This document shows, in pieces, positions 45,379 through 57,558 of a stretch of DNA of 64,000 bases. The stretch is from an uncultured delta proteobacterium (lineage in GTDB: Bacteria; Desulfobacterota; Binatia; Binatales; Binataceae): assembly GCA_963850125.1 (NCBI GenBank), contig CAWKKB010000013.1:112280-176279 (forward strand), written 5' to 3'. Position numbers and translations under genes: made by a program. The notes under the pieces were generated by a model. The model was not told the origin of the DNA, did no database searches, and saw only the letters and a list, made by a program, of their open reading frames with translations. How positions within the stretch are numbered: the stretch's first letter is position 1; each line of letters begins with the position of its first letter.

Positions 45379-47394
45379 ATGTCTTCGTATCAAACTCGAA
45401 CTGATTCTCAGCTCGTTTCGCCCCCCCGGCGGCTGAGTCACATAATAATCGAAGAGGTAACCCCTTCGGTCGATGGCGGCCGTTACCCGGCGAAACGAAT
45501 AGCCGGTGAGCCATGCGTCGTCGAAGCGGATATCTTTCGTGACGGGCATCAGGTGTTGCGCGCCGCGGTAAAATGGCGCCGCAAGCGTGACGAGGCCTTC
45601 GACGAGGCGCCGATGGCGGCGCTCGACAACGATCGATGGCGCGGCGAGTTCATACCCACCGACAATGCGCGCTACGTTTTCACGATCGAAGCATGGACCG
45701 ATCTGTTTGCCTCGTGGCTTGCGGACTTCACCAAGAAAGTAAAGGCGGCGAGGCCGGTGGCGTCCGATATCCTGGAAGGGATCGCACTCGTCGAGAAAAT
45801 GTTATCGAGTGCGCGCGGAGCCGATCGCGAATTGTTCGAGCGAACCGTCGCGCGATTGCGCAAGGCGAAGGACGGGCCGACGGCGCTCGCGGCGATTGGC
45901 GATGCGGAGACTTCCGCGGTCGCAGAGCGTGTCGGCGAGCGTTTTGGTCTGACGCGATTCGAACCGATACTTGAGTTGGTCGTCGATCGCGAGAAGGCTC
46001 GCTATGGAACCTGGTACGAAATGTTCGTGCGATCGCAGGGCCGTGAGGCCGGGAAGCCCGGCACTTTCCAGGACGCCGAGCGCCGTTTGCCCGAGCTTCG
46101 CGACCTGGGTTTCGACGTCGTGTACCTGGCGCCGATTCATCCAATCGGTCACACCAACCGCAAGGGTCCGGGCAATTCGCTGAACGGCGGATCGAATTCT
46201 CCCGGCAGCCCGTGGGCGATTGGCAATGAAGCCGGAGGGCATACCGCGATCGATCCGTCGATCGGGACGCTCGGCGATTTCGATCGCTTCAACGCGGCGG
46301 CCAACCGCCTGGGAATGGAGGTTGCGCTCGATTTCGCGATCCAGTGCTCGCCCGACCATCCATGGGTGCGCGAGCATCCGGATTGGTTTCATCATCGGCC
46401 CGACGGCAGCATCAAGTACGCCGAGAATCCGCCCAAGGAATACGAGGATATCTATCCGATCGATTTCGATACCTCCGATCAGCGCGGATTGTTCGAAGAA
46501 CTGTTGCGGGTGCTGAGATTCTGGCGCGAGCACGGCGTGAAGATCTTCCGGGTCGATAACCCGCATACCAAACCGGTGCAATTCTGGAACTGGCTAATCA
46601 ATGAAGTGCAGTCTACCAATCCGGAAGTGATTTTTTTGGCGGAAGCTTTTACGCGTCCGAAAGTGATGAAGGCATTGGCTAAAGCCGGCTTTACTCAGTC
46701 GTATACCTATTTCACCTGGCGCAATACCAAGTCGGAACTGACTGAGTATATGACCGAACTCACGCAAACCCCGATGAAGGAATATTTTCGGCCTAACTTT
46801 TTTACCAATACTCCCGATATTCTGTCGCCGGTGCTGCAGACCGGTGGACGTGCGGCTTTCAAGATGAGGCTCGTGCTCGCGGCCACACTGTCGCCTTCCT
46901 ACGGCATCTACAGCGGCTATGAATTGTGCGAGAACCAGGCTGTGCCGGGGACCGAGGAATACCTCAACTCGGAGAAGTACGAGATCAAGGTGCGCGACTG
47001 GAATCAGCCTGGAAATATCAAGGAGTTCATCGGGCGCGTCAACTCGATCCGCCGCGAGAATCGCGCGCTGCAACAGTTTCTCAATCTACGGTTTCTGACC
47101 ACCGACAACGATCAGATTTTGTTCTTCTCGAAGGCGACGCAGGACAACAACAATGTCATCCTGGTCGCGGTTAACCTCGATCCCATGAACCCGCACTACT
47201 GCACGGCGTTCGTACCGCCGGAGGTGGTTGGTGTGGCTCCAGGCAGGAGTTATCGAGTCACCGACCTTCTGACTGGCGCAAGATATGTGTGGTCCGATCG
47301 TAATTACGTACGGCTCGATCCCGCTGTCGAATCAGCGCATATTCTGCGCGTTGAAGAGTTGAGTTCCACTCGTGCCCACGAACAATCAGTCTGA
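45379..47394 (+). CDS. glgE: Alpha-1,4-glucan:maltose-1-phosphate maltosyltransferase
   Basis: 671 aa. N-terminal [16 protein letters not shown]...IFRDGHQ block typical of GlgE. GH13 catalytic region ([10 protein letters not shown]). Confidence 0.85.
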   Translation: MSSYQTRTDSQLVSPPRRLSHIIIEEVTPSVDGGRYPAKRIAGEPCVVEADIFRDGHQVLRAAVKWRRKRDEAFDEAPMAALDNDRWRGEFIPTDNARYVFTIEAWTDLFASWLADFTKKVKAARPVASDILEGIALVEKMLSSARGADRELFERTVARLRKAKDGPTALAAIGDAETSAVAERVGERFGLTRFEPILELVVDREKARYGTWYEMFVRSQGREAGKPGTFQDAERRLPELRDLGFDVVYLAPIHPIGHTNRKGPGNSLNGGSNSPGSPWAIGNEAGGHTAIDPSIGTLGDFDRFNAAANRLGMEVALDFAIQCSPDHPWVREHPDWFHHRPDGSIKYAENPPKEYEDIYPIDFDTSDQRGLFEELLRVLRFWREHGVKIFRVDNPHTKPVQFWNWLINEVQSTNPEVIFLAEAFTRPKVMKALAKAGFTQSYTYFTWRNTKSELTEYMTELTQTPMKEYFRPNFFTNTPDILSPVLQTGGRAAFKMRLVLAATLSPSYGIYSGYELCENQAVPGTEEYLNSEKYEIKVRDWNQPGNIKEFIGRVNSIRRENRALQQFLNLRFLTTDNDQILFFSKATQDNNNVILVAVNLDPMNPHYCTAFVPPEVVGVAPGRSYRVTDLLTGARYVWSDRNYVRLDPAVESAHILRVEELSSTRAHEQSV

Positions 47395-50300
47395 AAACGG
47401 TTCGTCGCCTGATCCTTTGTGGTACAAGGACGCCATTTTTTATGAATTGCGCGTCCGTTCCTTCTACGACAGCAATGCTGACGGAGTCGGTGATTTCCCT
47501 GGTCTGACCGCGAAGCTCGATTACCTGCATTCGTTGGGCGTCACTACGCTCTGGCTGCTTCCCTTTTATCCTTCTCCGATGCGCGATGACGGATATGATA
47601 TTTCAGATTATACCGATATCCATCCTTCGTGCGGGACCTTGCGCGACTTCAAGATATTCGTCCGCGAGGCGCATCGGCGCGGTCTGAAGATAGTTACTGA
47701 GTTAGTATTGAATCATACTTCGGACAGGCATGAATGGTTTCAACGCGCACGCCGTTCACCCGCCGGAAGTGTATTTCGCGATTACTATGTCTGGAGCGAC
47801 ACGCCGGAGAAGTACAAGGACGCGCGGATAATCTTTCAGGACTTCGAGCCGTCCAACTGGTCATGGGATCCGCTGGCCAAGGCGTACTACTTTCACCGCT
47901 TTTACTCTCATCAGCCGGATCTCAACTACGACAATCCCGCGGTCATCCGCGAGATTCGCCGAGTGATCTCGTTCTGGCTGGGTCTCGGCGTCGACGGTCT
48001 CCGGCTCGACGCGGTTCCCTACCTGTTCAAGCGTGAGGGCACGAATTGTGAGAATCTGCCCGAAACCCACGCGTTTCTGCGCGAATTGAGAGCTTACATC
48101 GACTCGAAATTTCCTAATCGAATGCTGCTGGCCGAGGCGAATCAGTGGCCGGAAGACGCCGTCGCGTACCTTGCGGAGGGCAAGGAATGCAACATGGCGT
48201 TCCATTTTCCCCTGATGCCTCGGATGTTCATGGCGGTGCGGATGGAGGATCGATTTCCGCTCACCGACATCTGGGCGCAAACCCCGGAGATCGATCCTAC
48301 CTGCCAGTGGGCATTGTTTCTGCGTAATCACGACGAGCTGACGCTCGAAATGGTGACCGACGAGGAGCGCGACTATATGTATCGCGCTTATGCGCAGGAC
48401 GCGCGAATGAGAGTCAATCTGGGCATTCGCCGGCGGCTCGCGCCCCTGCTCGGCAATCATCGACGTACTATTGAACTGAATAATGCTTTGCTGTGTTCAT
48501 TGCCGGGAACACCGGTCATCTACTACGGCGATGAAATCGGAATGGGCGACAATGTCTACCTCGGCGATCGCGACGGAGTCCGTACCCCGATGCAATGGAG
48601 CGCGGACCGCAACGCCGGATTTTCTGCTGCCAATCCGCAACGTCTGATCCTGCCGGTGATCATCGATCCCGAGTATCACTACCAAAGCGTCAACGTTGAA
48701 GCTCACGAGAGCAATCGCCATTCGCTGCTGTGGTGGATGCGCCGTTTGCTGGCGCTCCGCAAACAGATCAAAGCATTCGGCCGCGGCACGATGGAGTTTC
48801 TCAATCCTGAAAATTCACACGTGCTGGCCTTCATCCGTGCGTATGAAGACGAACAGATACTCGTAGTCGCCAATCTGTCGCGATTCGTGCAATACGTCGA
48901 ACTCGATCTTGCCAAGTTCAAGGGGACGACGCCGGTCGAGTTATTCGGCCGCACGCCTTTTCCACCAATCGGAGATCTGCCTTATCTTCTCACGCTCGGG
49001 CCGCATGGCTTCTTCTGGTTCTCTATCGAACAGCCGAAGACCACGACCGCAGCGGACCGCTCGGAATACGAAATTCCGCGCATCGAGATGAACTCGAGTT
49101 TCGAGGGCTTCCTGCGCGGTGACGCTCGCCAACAACTCGAGCGCTTGTTGCCAGCTTACCTGCGGCACTGCCGATGGTTTCGCTCCAAGACCCGACTGAT
49201 AACCGGCGTCCATATCACGGAGACGATGCCGATGGCGGAGGGACCGGCCGTTCCGCACCTTACGCTGCTGAACGTCGAATACTCAAACTTCGAGCCTGAG
49301 ACCTACCTATTGCCACTGGCTATTGCTACGGGAGAGCGTGCGCGCGATATGCGTTCGCGTTGGCCGGAACACGTCATTGCCGAAGTGACCAGTTCGCGAA
49401 GCAATGGCGACGGCAACGGAATCCTCTTTGATGCGGCAGTCGATCCGGATTTCCTGAGTACGCTACTCGAGATTATCGCGAAGCGCCGGCGGCATCGAGG
49501 CTCGGTGGGCGAACTTCTGCCCGGCACCACCCAGGCCTTTCATCAGTTGCGTGGAGATCCCGAAACGGCGCTGGAACCTCGGGTTTTAAAGGCGGAGCAG
49601 AGCAACAGCTCGATCGTGTACGGCGACCGTTTCATCCTCAAACTTTTTCGATGCATCGAAACTGGTTTGAATCCCGACCTCGAGATTGGACGCTTCCTCA
49701 CCACCCACGCGCTGTATTCTCACGTCCCTCCGCTAGCCGGATGGATCGATTACAGCTCAGGAACCGGCGAGCACAAAAATATCGCGGTGCTGCAGGGCTT
49801 CGTCCCCAACGAAGGCGATGCGTGGCAGTTCACGCTCGGAGAATTGCATCGCTATCTCGAGAACGCCGCTACCAGGTCGGAACCGCCGCCCACGACGGAC
49901 AAGACTCTTTACGAGTTGCTGGCGGCGACGGAGCCGGACCCACTGGCGGCAGAGTTGATCGGTCACTACCTGGACGCGGCGCGATTGATGGGCAAGCGCC
50001 TGGCGGAACTTCATCACGCGCTTACTTCTACAACCGACGATCCGGAATTCGCGCCCGAGCCCTACTCGACGCTCTACCAACGTTCGACGTATCAATCGAT
50101 GCAGAATCAGCTCGCGCGAGTGACGCGGATGCTCAACAGCCGCGCGTCTGTCATTCCGAAGGATTTGCGCGATCAGGCGCAACTAATCGCCTCGCATCAG
50201 CGGGAGATTGCTGCTCGATTCGAGGCTTTTCTCCACAGCCGCTTGACCGTCAACCGGATGCGGATTCATGGCGACTTGCATCTCGGTCAAATTCTGTACA

Positions 50301-50782
50301 CGGGCCGCGACTTCGTCATTATCGATTTCGAGGGCGAGCCTGCGCGTCCGCTGAGCGAGCGCCGTCTCAAGCGCGCCGGATTGAGAGATGTTGCCGGGAT
50401 GCTGCGCTCGTTTCACTACGCGGCGCTCACGTCGACAATCGAGCAACTGAGAATCGGAGCCCTGGGCAAGTTCGATTTCGCCGGAATGGAACCGTGGGGA
50501 AATTTCTGGCGGAGATGGTCGTCGTGGGCGTTCCTGAAAGGCTATTTGGAAGCAGGCGGCCACGCGTCATTCATACCGAAGAGCGACGAGGAACTTAGAA
50601 TCGTGATCGACGCCTTCGTGATGGACAAAGCGATCTACGAACTTGGCTACGAACTGAACAATCGGCCCGACTGGCTATTGATTCCACTACTCAGTCTTGG
50701 CCAATTGCTTGGCCTGGATAGTACCAATACTCAAAACCTGATCGTCCCCAATCCTGGTATCCATGAAAGTCCAAGAGCATGA
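47372..50782 (+). CDS. treS: Trehalose synthase fused to maltokinase (TreS-Pep2/Mak fusion)
   Basis: 1136 aa. N-terminal GH13 TreS ([32 protein letters not shown]). C-terminal aminoglycoside-phosphotransferase-like maltokinase ([11 protein letters not shown]...IIDFEGEP). Confidence 0.85.
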   Translation: MPTNNQSENGSSPDPLWYKDAIFYELRVRSFYDSNADGVGDFPGLTAKLDYLHSLGVTTLWLLPFYPSPMRDDGYDISDYTDIHPSCGTLRDFKIFVREAHRRGLKIVTELVLNHTSDRHEWFQRARRSPAGSVFRDYYVWSDTPEKYKDARIIFQDFEPSNWSWDPLAKAYYFHRFYSHQPDLNYDNPAVIREIRRVISFWLGLGVDGLRLDAVPYLFKREGTNCENLPETHAFLRELRAYIDSKFPNRMLLAEANQWPEDAVAYLAEGKECNMAFHFPLMPRMFMAVRMEDRFPLTDIWAQTPEIDPTCQWALFLRNHDELTLEMVTDEERDYMYRAYAQDARMRVNLGIRRRLAPLLGNHRRTIELNNALLCSLPGTPVIYYGDEIGMGDNVYLGDRDGVRTPMQWSADRNAGFSAANPQRLILPVIIDPEYHYQSVNVEAHESNRHSLLWWMRRLLALRKQIKAFGRGTMEFLNPENSHVLAFIRAYEDEQILVVANLSRFVQYVELDLAKFKGTTPVELFGRTPFPPIGDLPYLLTLGPHGFFWFSIEQPKTTTAADRSEYEIPRIEMNSSFEGFLRGDARQQLERLLPAYLRHCRWFRSKTRLITGVHITETMPMAEGPAVPHLTLLNVEYSNFEPETYLLPLAIATGERARDMRSRWPEHVIAEVTSSRSNGDGNGILFDAAVDPDFLSTLLEIIAKRRRHRGSVGELLPGTTQAFHQLRGDPETALEPRVLKAEQSNSSIVYGDRFILKLFRCIETGLNPDLEIGRFLTTHALYSHVPPLAGWIDYSSGTGEHKNIAVLQGFVPNEGDAWQFTLGELHRYLENAATRSEPPPTTDKTLYELLAATEPDPLAAELIGHYLDAARLMGKRLAELHHALTSTTDDPEFAPEPYSTLYQRSTYQSMQNQLARVTRMLNSRASVIPKDLRDQAQLIASHQREIAARFEAFLHSRLTVNRMRIHGDLHLGQILYTGRDFVIIDFEGEPARPLSERRLKRAGLRDVAGMLRSFHYAALTSTIEQLRIGALGKFDFAGMEPWGNFWRRWSSWAFLKGYLEAGGHASFIPKSDEELRIVIDAFVMDKAIYELGYELNNRPDWLLIPLLSLGQLLGLDSTNTQNLIVPNPGIHESPRA

Positions 50783-53006
50783 ACAGCAGATCGCGAAATC
50801 CAACGACGCGGCGGTCTCCAGTATTCCCGCCGAGGAACTGAAGCGACTTCTGGCGCTGAGGCATCACGATCCGCATTCGATTCTCGGCGCGCATCCGACC
50901 GACCGCGGCGTGATCGTGCGCGCGTATCGTCCGGACGCTCAAAAAATCTTCGTGATGGTTGACGGTGAGCCGCCGCGCGAGATGCTCAAGCGGCCGGAGC
51001 CGGGCCTGTTCGAGATACTAGTGCCGGGCAGGCGCCAGGTGTTCCCGTATCAGCTTCGAGTTCAATATTCCGGCGACCTGGTCGTCACGATTCGCGAACC
51101 CTACCCGTTCCCGCCGACGCTGGGCGAGCTCGATCTCTATTTGTGGGCAGAGCAGAAACACGAACGGATCTGGGACAAGCTGGGCGCGCACGTTCGCGAG
51201 CTCGAAGGCGTAAAGGGGATATCTTTCGCAGTCTGGGCGCCTAATGCTGATGGCGTCAGCGTGGTCGGCGATTTCAATAGCTGGGACGGCCGCCTCGACA
51301 TGATGCGGATGCTCGGCAATTCAGGCGTCTGGGAAATATTTGTCCCCGATTTGCCAGCCGGCACGAGATACAAATATGAGATTCGTACCAAGGCGGGCGG
51401 ACTGACTATCAAGAGCGATCCCTTCGCGTTCGCCACCGAATGCCCGCCGGCTACTGCGTCGCGGGTGTATCAGTCCGATTATTCATTTAATGACGCGGCG
51501 TGGATTTCAGAGCGCAACAGCCGTGACCCATTGCGCAAACCGGCCGCTATATATGAGATGCATCTCGGTTCCTGGCGGCGGGTTCCCGAAGAAGGCAACC
51601 GACCGCTCAACTATCGCGAACTTGCCTCGCAACTCGTCGAGTACCTGGTCGACGTCGGCTTCACGCACGTTGAATTCCTTCCGGTCATGGAGCATCCGTT
51701 CACCGGTTCCTGGGGATATGAGACGACCGGTTACTATGCCCCGACTGCCCGTTATGGATCGCCCGACGACTTTCGTTACCTGATCGATCGCCTGCATCAA
51801 AATGGGATCGGCGTGATTCTCGATTGGACTCCCGCCCACTTTCCGACCGATGCCTTTGGGCTCGGGCGTTTCGATGGCAGCGCTCTCTACGAGCATATCG
51901 ATCCGCGCCAGGGCTTCCATCCCGAATGGAACACCTTCATTTTCAATTTCGGCCGCAACGAAGTGCGGAGTTTTCTGCTCGGGAGCGCGAAATACTGGCT
52001 CGAAGAATTTCACGCCGACGGGATTCGCGTCGATGCGGTCTCGTCGATGCTCTACCTCGACTACGGACGCAAGAGCAGCGAATGGATTCCGAATGTCCAC
52101 GGCGGCAACGAAAACCTCGAAGCAATTTCATTTCTCAAGGAACTCAATCAGCAAATCTACGCGCGCCATCCCGGCGTGATGATGGTTGCCGAGGAATCGA
52201 CTTCGTGGCCCGGAGTCAGCCGTCCCGTCTATGTCGGCGGTCTTGGTTTTGGTTTCAAGTGGGACATGGGATGGATGCATGACACGCTCGACTACTTCAG
52301 CAAGGAACCAATCTATCGGCGGTTTCACCATCGCGATTTGACTTTCGGATTTGTCTACGCGTGGTTCGAAAACTTCATGCTGCCGCTGTCCCACGACGAG
52401 GTCGTTTACGGCAAGCGCTCGTTGCTCGACAAGATGCCCGGCGATCGCTGGCAGAAGTTCGCCAACTTGCGCGCGCTGTTCGGTTACATGTGGGCGCGGC
52501 CGGGAAAAAAGATTCTCTTCATGGGAGGCGAGTTCGGCCAGTGGCGCGAATGGAATCATGACGCCAGCCTTGATTGGAATCTGCTCGATGAGTCCGACCA
52601 TCGCGGCGTGCAGAACCTGATTCGCGACCTCAATCGCATCTATCGCGCCGAGCCGGCGTTGTGGGAAGCCGATCATCAGCCGTCGGGTTTCCAATGGATC
52701 GACGCCAACAATTCCGACGGCAACGTGATTGCCTTCATGCGTATCGCGCCGTCGAGCGGCCGCAAGCTGGTCTGCGTCTGTAATTTCGCGCCGATCGTGC
52801 GCACCGGCTATCGCGTCGGCGTTCCGACGCCAGGCGTCTATCGAGAAATTCTAAACAGCGATTCGAGTTTGTATGGCGGCAGCAATCAGGGCAACGGAGG
52901 TGTGGTGACCGCGGAGCAAATTCCGTGGCACGGACTCCCCCATTCGCTATCGCTCAGGCTTCCGCCCCTCGCGACTGTATGGTTCGAGGTCCCGAATGCC
53001 GGCTGA
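50763..53006 (+). CDS. glgB: 1,4-alpha-glucan branching enzyme
   Basis: 747 aa. GH13_9 motifs ([39 protein letters not shown]). Confidence 0.9.
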   Translation: MKVQEHEQQIAKSNDAAVSSIPAEELKRLLALRHHDPHSILGAHPTDRGVIVRAYRPDAQKIFVMVDGEPPREMLKRPEPGLFEILVPGRRQVFPYQLRVQYSGDLVVTIREPYPFPPTLGELDLYLWAEQKHERIWDKLGAHVRELEGVKGISFAVWAPNADGVSVVGDFNSWDGRLDMMRMLGNSGVWEIFVPDLPAGTRYKYEIRTKAGGLTIKSDPFAFATECPPATASRVYQSDYSFNDAAWISERNSRDPLRKPAAIYEMHLGSWRRVPEEGNRPLNYRELASQLVEYLVDVGFTHVEFLPVMEHPFTGSWGYETTGYYAPTARYGSPDDFRYLIDRLHQNGIGVILDWTPAHFPTDAFGLGRFDGSALYEHIDPRQGFHPEWNTFIFNFGRNEVRSFLLGSAKYWLEEFHADGIRVDAVSSMLYLDYGRKSSEWIPNVHGGNENLEAISFLKELNQQIYARHPGVMMVAEESTSWPGVSRPVYVGGLGFGFKWDMGWMHDTLDYFSKEPIYRRFHHRDLTFGFVYAWFENFMLPLSHDEVVYGKRSLLDKMPGDRWQKFANLRALFGYMWARPGKKILFMGGEFGQWREWNHDASLDWNLLDESDHRGVQNLIRDLNRIYRAEPALWEADHQPSGFQWIDANNSDGNVIAFMRIAPSSGRKLVCVCNFAPIVRTGYRVGVPTPGVYREILNSDSSLYGGSNQGNGGVVTAEQIPWHGLPHSLSLRLPPLATVWFEVPNAG

Positions 53007-53072
53007 GGCTGCCGACGTAACAGATCCATCGCGAATGCGTCTTTTATAGTAGTAACGGAGTGGGAGGGTTTT

Positions 53073-53570
53073 GTGTTGCGGGCATTTCAAATTCGCGAAC
53101 GACTGAAATTGCACCCGCGTATGCTCGCGATGTTGATAGCTCTGATCTTCTGGGCGAAGCCGACCCCGTCAGCCTTCGCCGATCTTTCGCCTGATTTCAG
53201 CGACGCAACAGCCAACGCCAGAGTTGAGCCGCCGATCCAGTTGGCCCAAGCGAGTCTTCCACCCGGTGTCGGCAGTCTCGACGACTACGTGCGCGAAGGG
53301 AATGGAAATGACGGCGGGCCTAGAGCGGGCGTTCCGCCGCAGGCCTACCAACCGCAAGCCGCGCCTCCGCAGGGATATTATCCTCAAGGAGGCCCGCCGC
53401 AGGATTGGAACAACCGATATGCCGACCCCAACGCGGAACGGTCCGCGCTGATCGGCGCCGCCGTCGTTGGTGCTCTCGCTGTTGGATTGTGGGCTTGGCA
53501 GCAGCACGAGATGCATCAAGCTCAGCACCGTGCCCGCAGACGATTTTCGCATCGACGTGCCTACGATTAG
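53073..53570 (+). CDS. Hypothetical secreted/membrane-anchored protein with Pro/Gln-rich repeats
   Basis: 165 aa. N-terminal hydrophobic segment, PQAYQPQAAPPQGYYPQGGPPQ low-complexity, and C-terminal TM (LIGAAVVGALAVGLWAW). No recognisable domain. Confidence 0.3.
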   Translation: MLRAFQIRERLKLHPRMLAMLIALIFWAKPTPSAFADLSPDFSDATANARVEPPIQLAQASLPPGVGSLDDYVREGNGNDGGPRAGVPPQAYQPQAAPPQGYYPQGGPPQDWNNRYADPNAERSALIGAAVVGALAVGLWAWQQHEMHQAQHRARRRFSHRRAYD

Positions 53571-54646
53571 TCTGATCGTCGCGTCGCGCCAGTGCCTATC
53601 CGCAAGCCGGTCGAGGGATCAAAAAGATGGGTTCGCGCGGTGTCGAAGAACAGCGTCAGCTGCTCACCGGCTTCGACGCGTCGCGGCAGCTCGGCACCAA
53701 TCGAAGTATTTCCCAGCTTCGCATAGACGACGTAGCTCGCGCCTGAGAATTCGACACTCTCGACCAGTACATCGATCGCAACCCGACCCTCACTCTCCTC
53801 CAGGCGCAAATCACTCGGACGAATTCCTATCTTGATTTGCGCCGGACAGCCCTCAGGCGCTTTGATTTTGAAATCGATGCCATCCACGTTGAGGCTTCCG
53901 CCAGTTGATCTTTCAGCGAGGAAGAAGTTCATCGGCGGGTTGCCGACGAACGCCGCGACAAACTCGCTCTGCGGAAAATTGAAAACCTCCTGAGGTCCTC
54001 CCACCTGCTCGATTCTTCCCTTACGCATCACCACCAGCCTGTCGGCCAGCGCGAGCGCTTCGACCTGGTCGTGAGTCACGTAGACGAAAGTGCGGCCGGT
54101 GCGGCGCTGAAATTCCTTCAGCTCCAGCCTCAACGACGATCGCAATTGGGCGTCGAGGCTCGCCAGCGCCTCGTCCATCAGGATGATTTCCGGCTCGCGA
54201 ACCAGCGCTCGAGCGAGCGCGACACGCTGCCGCTCGCCGCCCGACAACTCGCGCGGATAACGTTTGAGATCGACGGTGAGTCCCGCCTTGGCAGTGCTTT
54301 CCTTCACCCGCCGTTCGATTTCCTCGCGCGCGACGTGCCGCAGCTTCAACGGAAACGCGATGTTCTGAAAGACCGTCATGTGCGGATAGAGCGCGAAATT
54401 CTGAAACACCATCGCGATCGCCTCGCGATGTGTCGTGTTGCCAGGCTGGTTCGCCCCGCCAATTTGAATTTCGCCGCTATCAGGAAATTCAAGGCCGGCA
54501 ATCATCCGAAGCAAAGTGCTTTTCCCGCATCCCGAAGGGCCGAGCAGAACCACGAATTCGCCGCTTTGCACGGTCAGCGAAATGTCAAAAACGCCTCCGC
54601 CAGAATGGAATTTGCGCGTCAGGTTGCGAACGACGAGGTCGGCCAT
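53567..54646 (-). CDS. ABC transporter ATP-binding protein (MalK/UgpC/SugC-like, carbohydrate importer)
   Basis: 359 aa. Walker A GPSGCGKST, signature LSGGERQRVALARA, Walker B ILMDEALASLD. C-terminal MalK-type regulatory/TOBE domain. Confidence 0.85.
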   Translation of the reverse strand: MADLVVRNLTRKFHSGGGVFDISLTVQSGEFVVLLGPSGCGKSTLLRMIAGLEFPDSGEIQIGGANQPGNTTHREAIAMVFQNFALYPHMTVFQNIAFPLKLRHVAREEIERRVKESTAKAGLTVDLKRYPRELSGGERQRVALARALVREPEIILMDEALASLDAQLRSSLRLELKEFQRRTGRTFVYVTHDQVEALALADRLVVMRKGRIEQVGGPQEVFNFPQSEFVAAFVGNPPMNFFLAERSTGGSLNVDGIDFKIKAPEGCPAQIKIGIRPSDLRLEESEGRVAIDVLVESVEFSGASYVVYAKLGNTSIGAELPRRVEAGEQLTLFFDTARTHLFDPSTGLRIGTGATRRSD

Positions 54647-54655
54647 GACGGCGCC

Positions 54656-55495
54656 CTATCGCGAACTCCCAGCCGTCAGCGCACCTCGCAGAGAAGGACC
54701 CAGCGCGACAACGACGCAAATGGCCGGAATCATCATCAAAAGTGCGAGCGCACTGGCGGGCCCGACGTTGCCGAATACGGTGTAGTAATAAAGGAGCGGA
54801 GGAAGTGTGCGATTGGTCTGTTGCACCAACAACGCAAATCCAAATTCATCCCAGCTCAAGATGAAGCAGAGGATCAATGCTGTCGCGATCGAACCGCGGG
54901 CAATCGGCAGATCGATTGTCAGAAAAATTCGCAAGGGCGACGCGCCGTCGATCCACGCCGCTTCTTCGATCTCGAGAGGAATCGCAACGAAAGCCGCGTA
55001 AAGCGTCAGCGCGGCAGTAGGAATCGCAATCGAGGCGTGAACGACAGCAAGCCCGATTCCAGTTGATGAATCGTAGATTCCAAGAGTCGCCAGAATTATC
55101 CCGAGCGGAATAGCTACGGCGATCATCGGCAAAAGACGGATTCCAGACACCGTGGAAAAACCGACGCGCTGTGCTATCGAGCTGCGCGCCATCGCATGCG
55201 CAAGCATCGCACCCAGCAAAGTTGCAATCGCAGCCGAGACCGCAGCGACGCCCAGGCTTCTCAGCACTGCGCTGCGGAGCTCGTTGACTGCAAACACGCT
55301 GATGAAATGAGAAAGTGTCAGATGATGCGGCGTCCAATGCGGCGGCCATGCAAACGTCTCGAGCTCGGGAGTCACCGATTGCTTCGCGAGCAGATAGAGG
55401 GGCAACACGGCGCCCGCAACAACAAAGGCGTTCAATGCGAAACGCGCGGCCCGCAGACTGGCGCCGGCAATGTCGCCTCTCGCTCGAGGGATCAC
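54656..55495 (-). CDS. Carbohydrate ABC transporter permease (MalG/SugB-like)
   Basis: About 279 aa from a GTG (GTGA overlap with the upstream permease stop). EAA-like loop AAWIDGASPLRIFLTIDLPIA. The ORF-track version has a spurious 129-aa N-extension. Confidence 0.7.
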   Translation of the reverse strand: MIPRARGDIAGASLRAARFALNAFVVAGAVLPLYLLAKQSVTPELETFAWPPHWTPHHLTLSHFISVFAVNELRSAVLRSLGVAAVSAAIATLLGAMLAHAMARSSIAQRVGFSTVSGIRLLPMIAVAIPLGIILATLGIYDSSTGIGLAVVHASIAIPTAALTLYAAFVAIPLEIEEAAWIDGASPLRIFLTIDLPIARGSIATALILCFILSWDEFGFALLVQQTNRTLPPLLYYYTVFGNVGPASALALLMMIPAICVVVALGPSLRGALTAGSSR

Positions 55496-56379
55496 GCCAG
55501 CGCTCCGTCGTCGCGAGAGAATCGGCGCGCGGCCAGCAGACCGCCGACTCCGATCATGGTGACCATCAGTGCCAGGATCATCGAAGCTGCCATCGCTTCG
55601 TGCGGCTTCTGTGCGTCGTCCCACAAGCTGTATGAGTAGGTCGACAGCACGGGAACTCCCTCTGGCCCAGTGAGTACGAGCACAGTTGAGAAAATCCTGA
55701 GCGCGTCGATGCCGCGCAGAATCAATGCTCCGACGATTGCAGGCATCAGCATGGGCAGCGTGACGAACCTGAACGTGGCGAGCGTTCCAGCGCCGTCGAG
55801 ACGCGCTGCTTCGTAGAGTTCGTCGGGAATCGTCTGCAAGCCCGCCATCAACATCAGCATCACGACGGGTGTCACGTGCCACGCGTCAACCAGGATGACC
55901 GTGAGCATCGCGAGCGAGCTGCGCGGGCTGAGCCACGGCAGCGCGTGCATCCCAGTCATCGCGATAGCGCCGTTTAAGTATCCGCGCGGTATGAAGATGT
56001 AGCGCGCGAGCGTTAGGATCACGATTTCGGGGATCGCAAAAGGCAGTATCGCGGCGGTTTCGATAAGCGCGGAGCGGCTGCGCCGCGCGGTAAGCGTCAA
56101 TGCCAGCGCGAGTCCGAGAACAAATTCGACGATGACGCTTCCGAACGGCACCAGCAGGTTGTTCGCGACCGCTCGCCAGAACATCGAATCGTCGAAAAGA
56201 ATCCTGTAGTTGGCGAGCGAAGGACCGTTGTGATCGAATGAAAGGATCAGGCCGTTCAATGCGGGCAATACAAGCATCGCGATCATGAAGATGCTGGGGA
56301 CCGCGACGAAGATAATGCGAAGTTTCTTTGCGGCGGCATTCACAGCTATGAACCTGCAGCGGATTCTGAGCAGCCGCAT
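55492..56379 (-). CDS. Carbohydrate ABC transporter permease (MalF/UgpA/SugA-like)
   Basis: 295 aa, 6 TM. EAA loop YEAARLDGAGTLATFRFVTLP. Confidence 0.75.
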   Translation of the reverse strand: MRLLRIRCRFIAVNAAAKKLRIIFVAVPSIFMIAMLVLPALNGLILSFDHNGPSLANYRILFDDSMFWRAVANNLLVPFGSVIVEFVLGLALALTLTARRSRSALIETAAILPFAIPEIVILTLARYIFIPRGYLNGAIAMTGMHALPWLSPRSSLAMLTVILVDAWHVTPVVMLMLMAGLQTIPDELYEAARLDGAGTLATFRFVTLPMLMPAIVGALILRGIDALRIFSTVLVLTGPEGVPVLSTYSYSLWDDAQKPHEAMAASMILALMVTMIGVGGLLAARRFSRDDGALA

Positions 56380-57536
56380 TTGTCATGCGCATCGAGAATG
56401 TTCGACGCGACTGCGGAAGCCGGCGCAGCGTCATCGAAAAGCACGGCGCGAATCGTACGCCGCCATTGATCGCTCAGATCGGCGTAGCAATCGACCGTCG
56501 GACGCGCTCGCACGAAGGGGCGCATCGCAGTGTAGCCAGCGTAGAGTTGCGCGTCTTCGCTTCCGGGCGGCGGCGGAACACTGCCGTACCATCCGAGTTC
56601 GCGGCTCAACTTGGCCTGGGTATCAGCGGTCAGGAGATACTGAATGAATTCTGCCGCGAGCTTCGGGTGCGGTGCGGAATTTGGAATAGCGAGGTAGCCG
56701 CCGCCGAGCGCACTGGCCCTGCCGTCGGGTCCTGCCGGAATCGGCGCGCTAAGATTCACGCTGGGGGACAGGCCCTTCACGTGCAGATAGCCAATCGCGA
56801 ACGGCCAGTTGAAATGAATCCAGACCGCACCGCGAGCTTGCGCTTCGAGTACCGACATCTCGCGGAACACCGCGGACCCGTCGTTCAAATCGGGCGCGAG
56901 CTGCCGCAAGAAGTCGAGCGCCCGGATCGAGCCAGCCGAATACGGCGCGCATTCGTTGCCTCCCGCCGTCCACACAAACGGCATCACGTCGCAGATCGCG
57001 CCCTCGTAGCGCGCACCCTTGAGTGCGAGCTTGCCTGGATGCTCGCGCGCGAAACGCTCGAGGTCATCCCAGTTCGCGGGTGGATTCGGAACCTCGACGC
57101 GATTGTAGATCATCGCCTGCCACATCAACCGGTGCGGAACAAAGTAGAGTTGCCGATCGATAGTCGCCGCATCCCACGCCTCCTTTGAAAACAACTCGCG
57201 CGCGGTGGGCGAGACGACCTGGTCGAGTGGTTGTGCGTAACTATGCGCCTCGCCCAGCATTGCAAGATCGAGTTCGATCAGGTCGAGCGATCCGCGACTC
57301 CCGGCTTGCACCCTCATCGCTTGCAGTATGTCGCTGTAAGTCTGCGCGAACACCTTCACATGCACGTGATGCTGCGATTCGAAGTCGGCCACGAACGATT
57401 GATAGCGCGCGGCTTCGTCGGGGAAGACCGCTAGCGCGATATTAAGTTGGTCAGGCTCCGGCGAGGAGTGGCATCCGCCGAGGAACATCGCAAGCAGCAA
57501 GGCTAGAAGTGGCGGCGATGTGCGCACTAGATGCAT
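56346..57536 (-). CDS. Extracellular solute-binding lipoprotein (family 1 sugar SBP; LpqY-like)
   Basis: 396 aa. Lipoprotein signal with lipobox LLAMFLGGC. Rest matches periplasmic sugar-binding fold. Confidence 0.7.
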   Translation of the reverse strand: MHLVRTSPPLLALLLAMFLGGCHSSPEPDQLNIALAVFPDEAARYQSFVADFESQHHVHVKVFAQTYSDILQAMRVQAGSRGSLDLIELDLAMLGEAHSYAQPLDQVVSPTARELFSKEAWDAATIDRQLYFVPHRLMWQAMIYNRVEVPNPPANWDDLERFAREHPGKLALKGARYEGAICDVMPFVWTAGGNECAPYSAGSIRALDFLRQLAPDLNDGSAVFREMSVLEAQARGAVWIHFNWPFAIGYLHVKGLSPSVNLSAPIPAGPDGRASALGGGYLAIPNSAPHPKLAAEFIQYLLTADTQAKLSRELGWYGSVPPPPGSEDAQLYAGYTAMRPFVRARPTVDCYADLSDQWRRTIRAVLFDDAAPASAVASNILDAHDKCGCSESAAGS

Positions 57537-57558
57537 CGGTTCGCATCAGTTCGATCGA

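Noticed and set aside
55496-55882. 129-aa N-terminal extension of the second sugar permease ORF.
   Set aside because: It overlaps the upstream permease gene. A GTG start at about 55495 coupled to the upstream stop gives a normal-length MalG-like permease.
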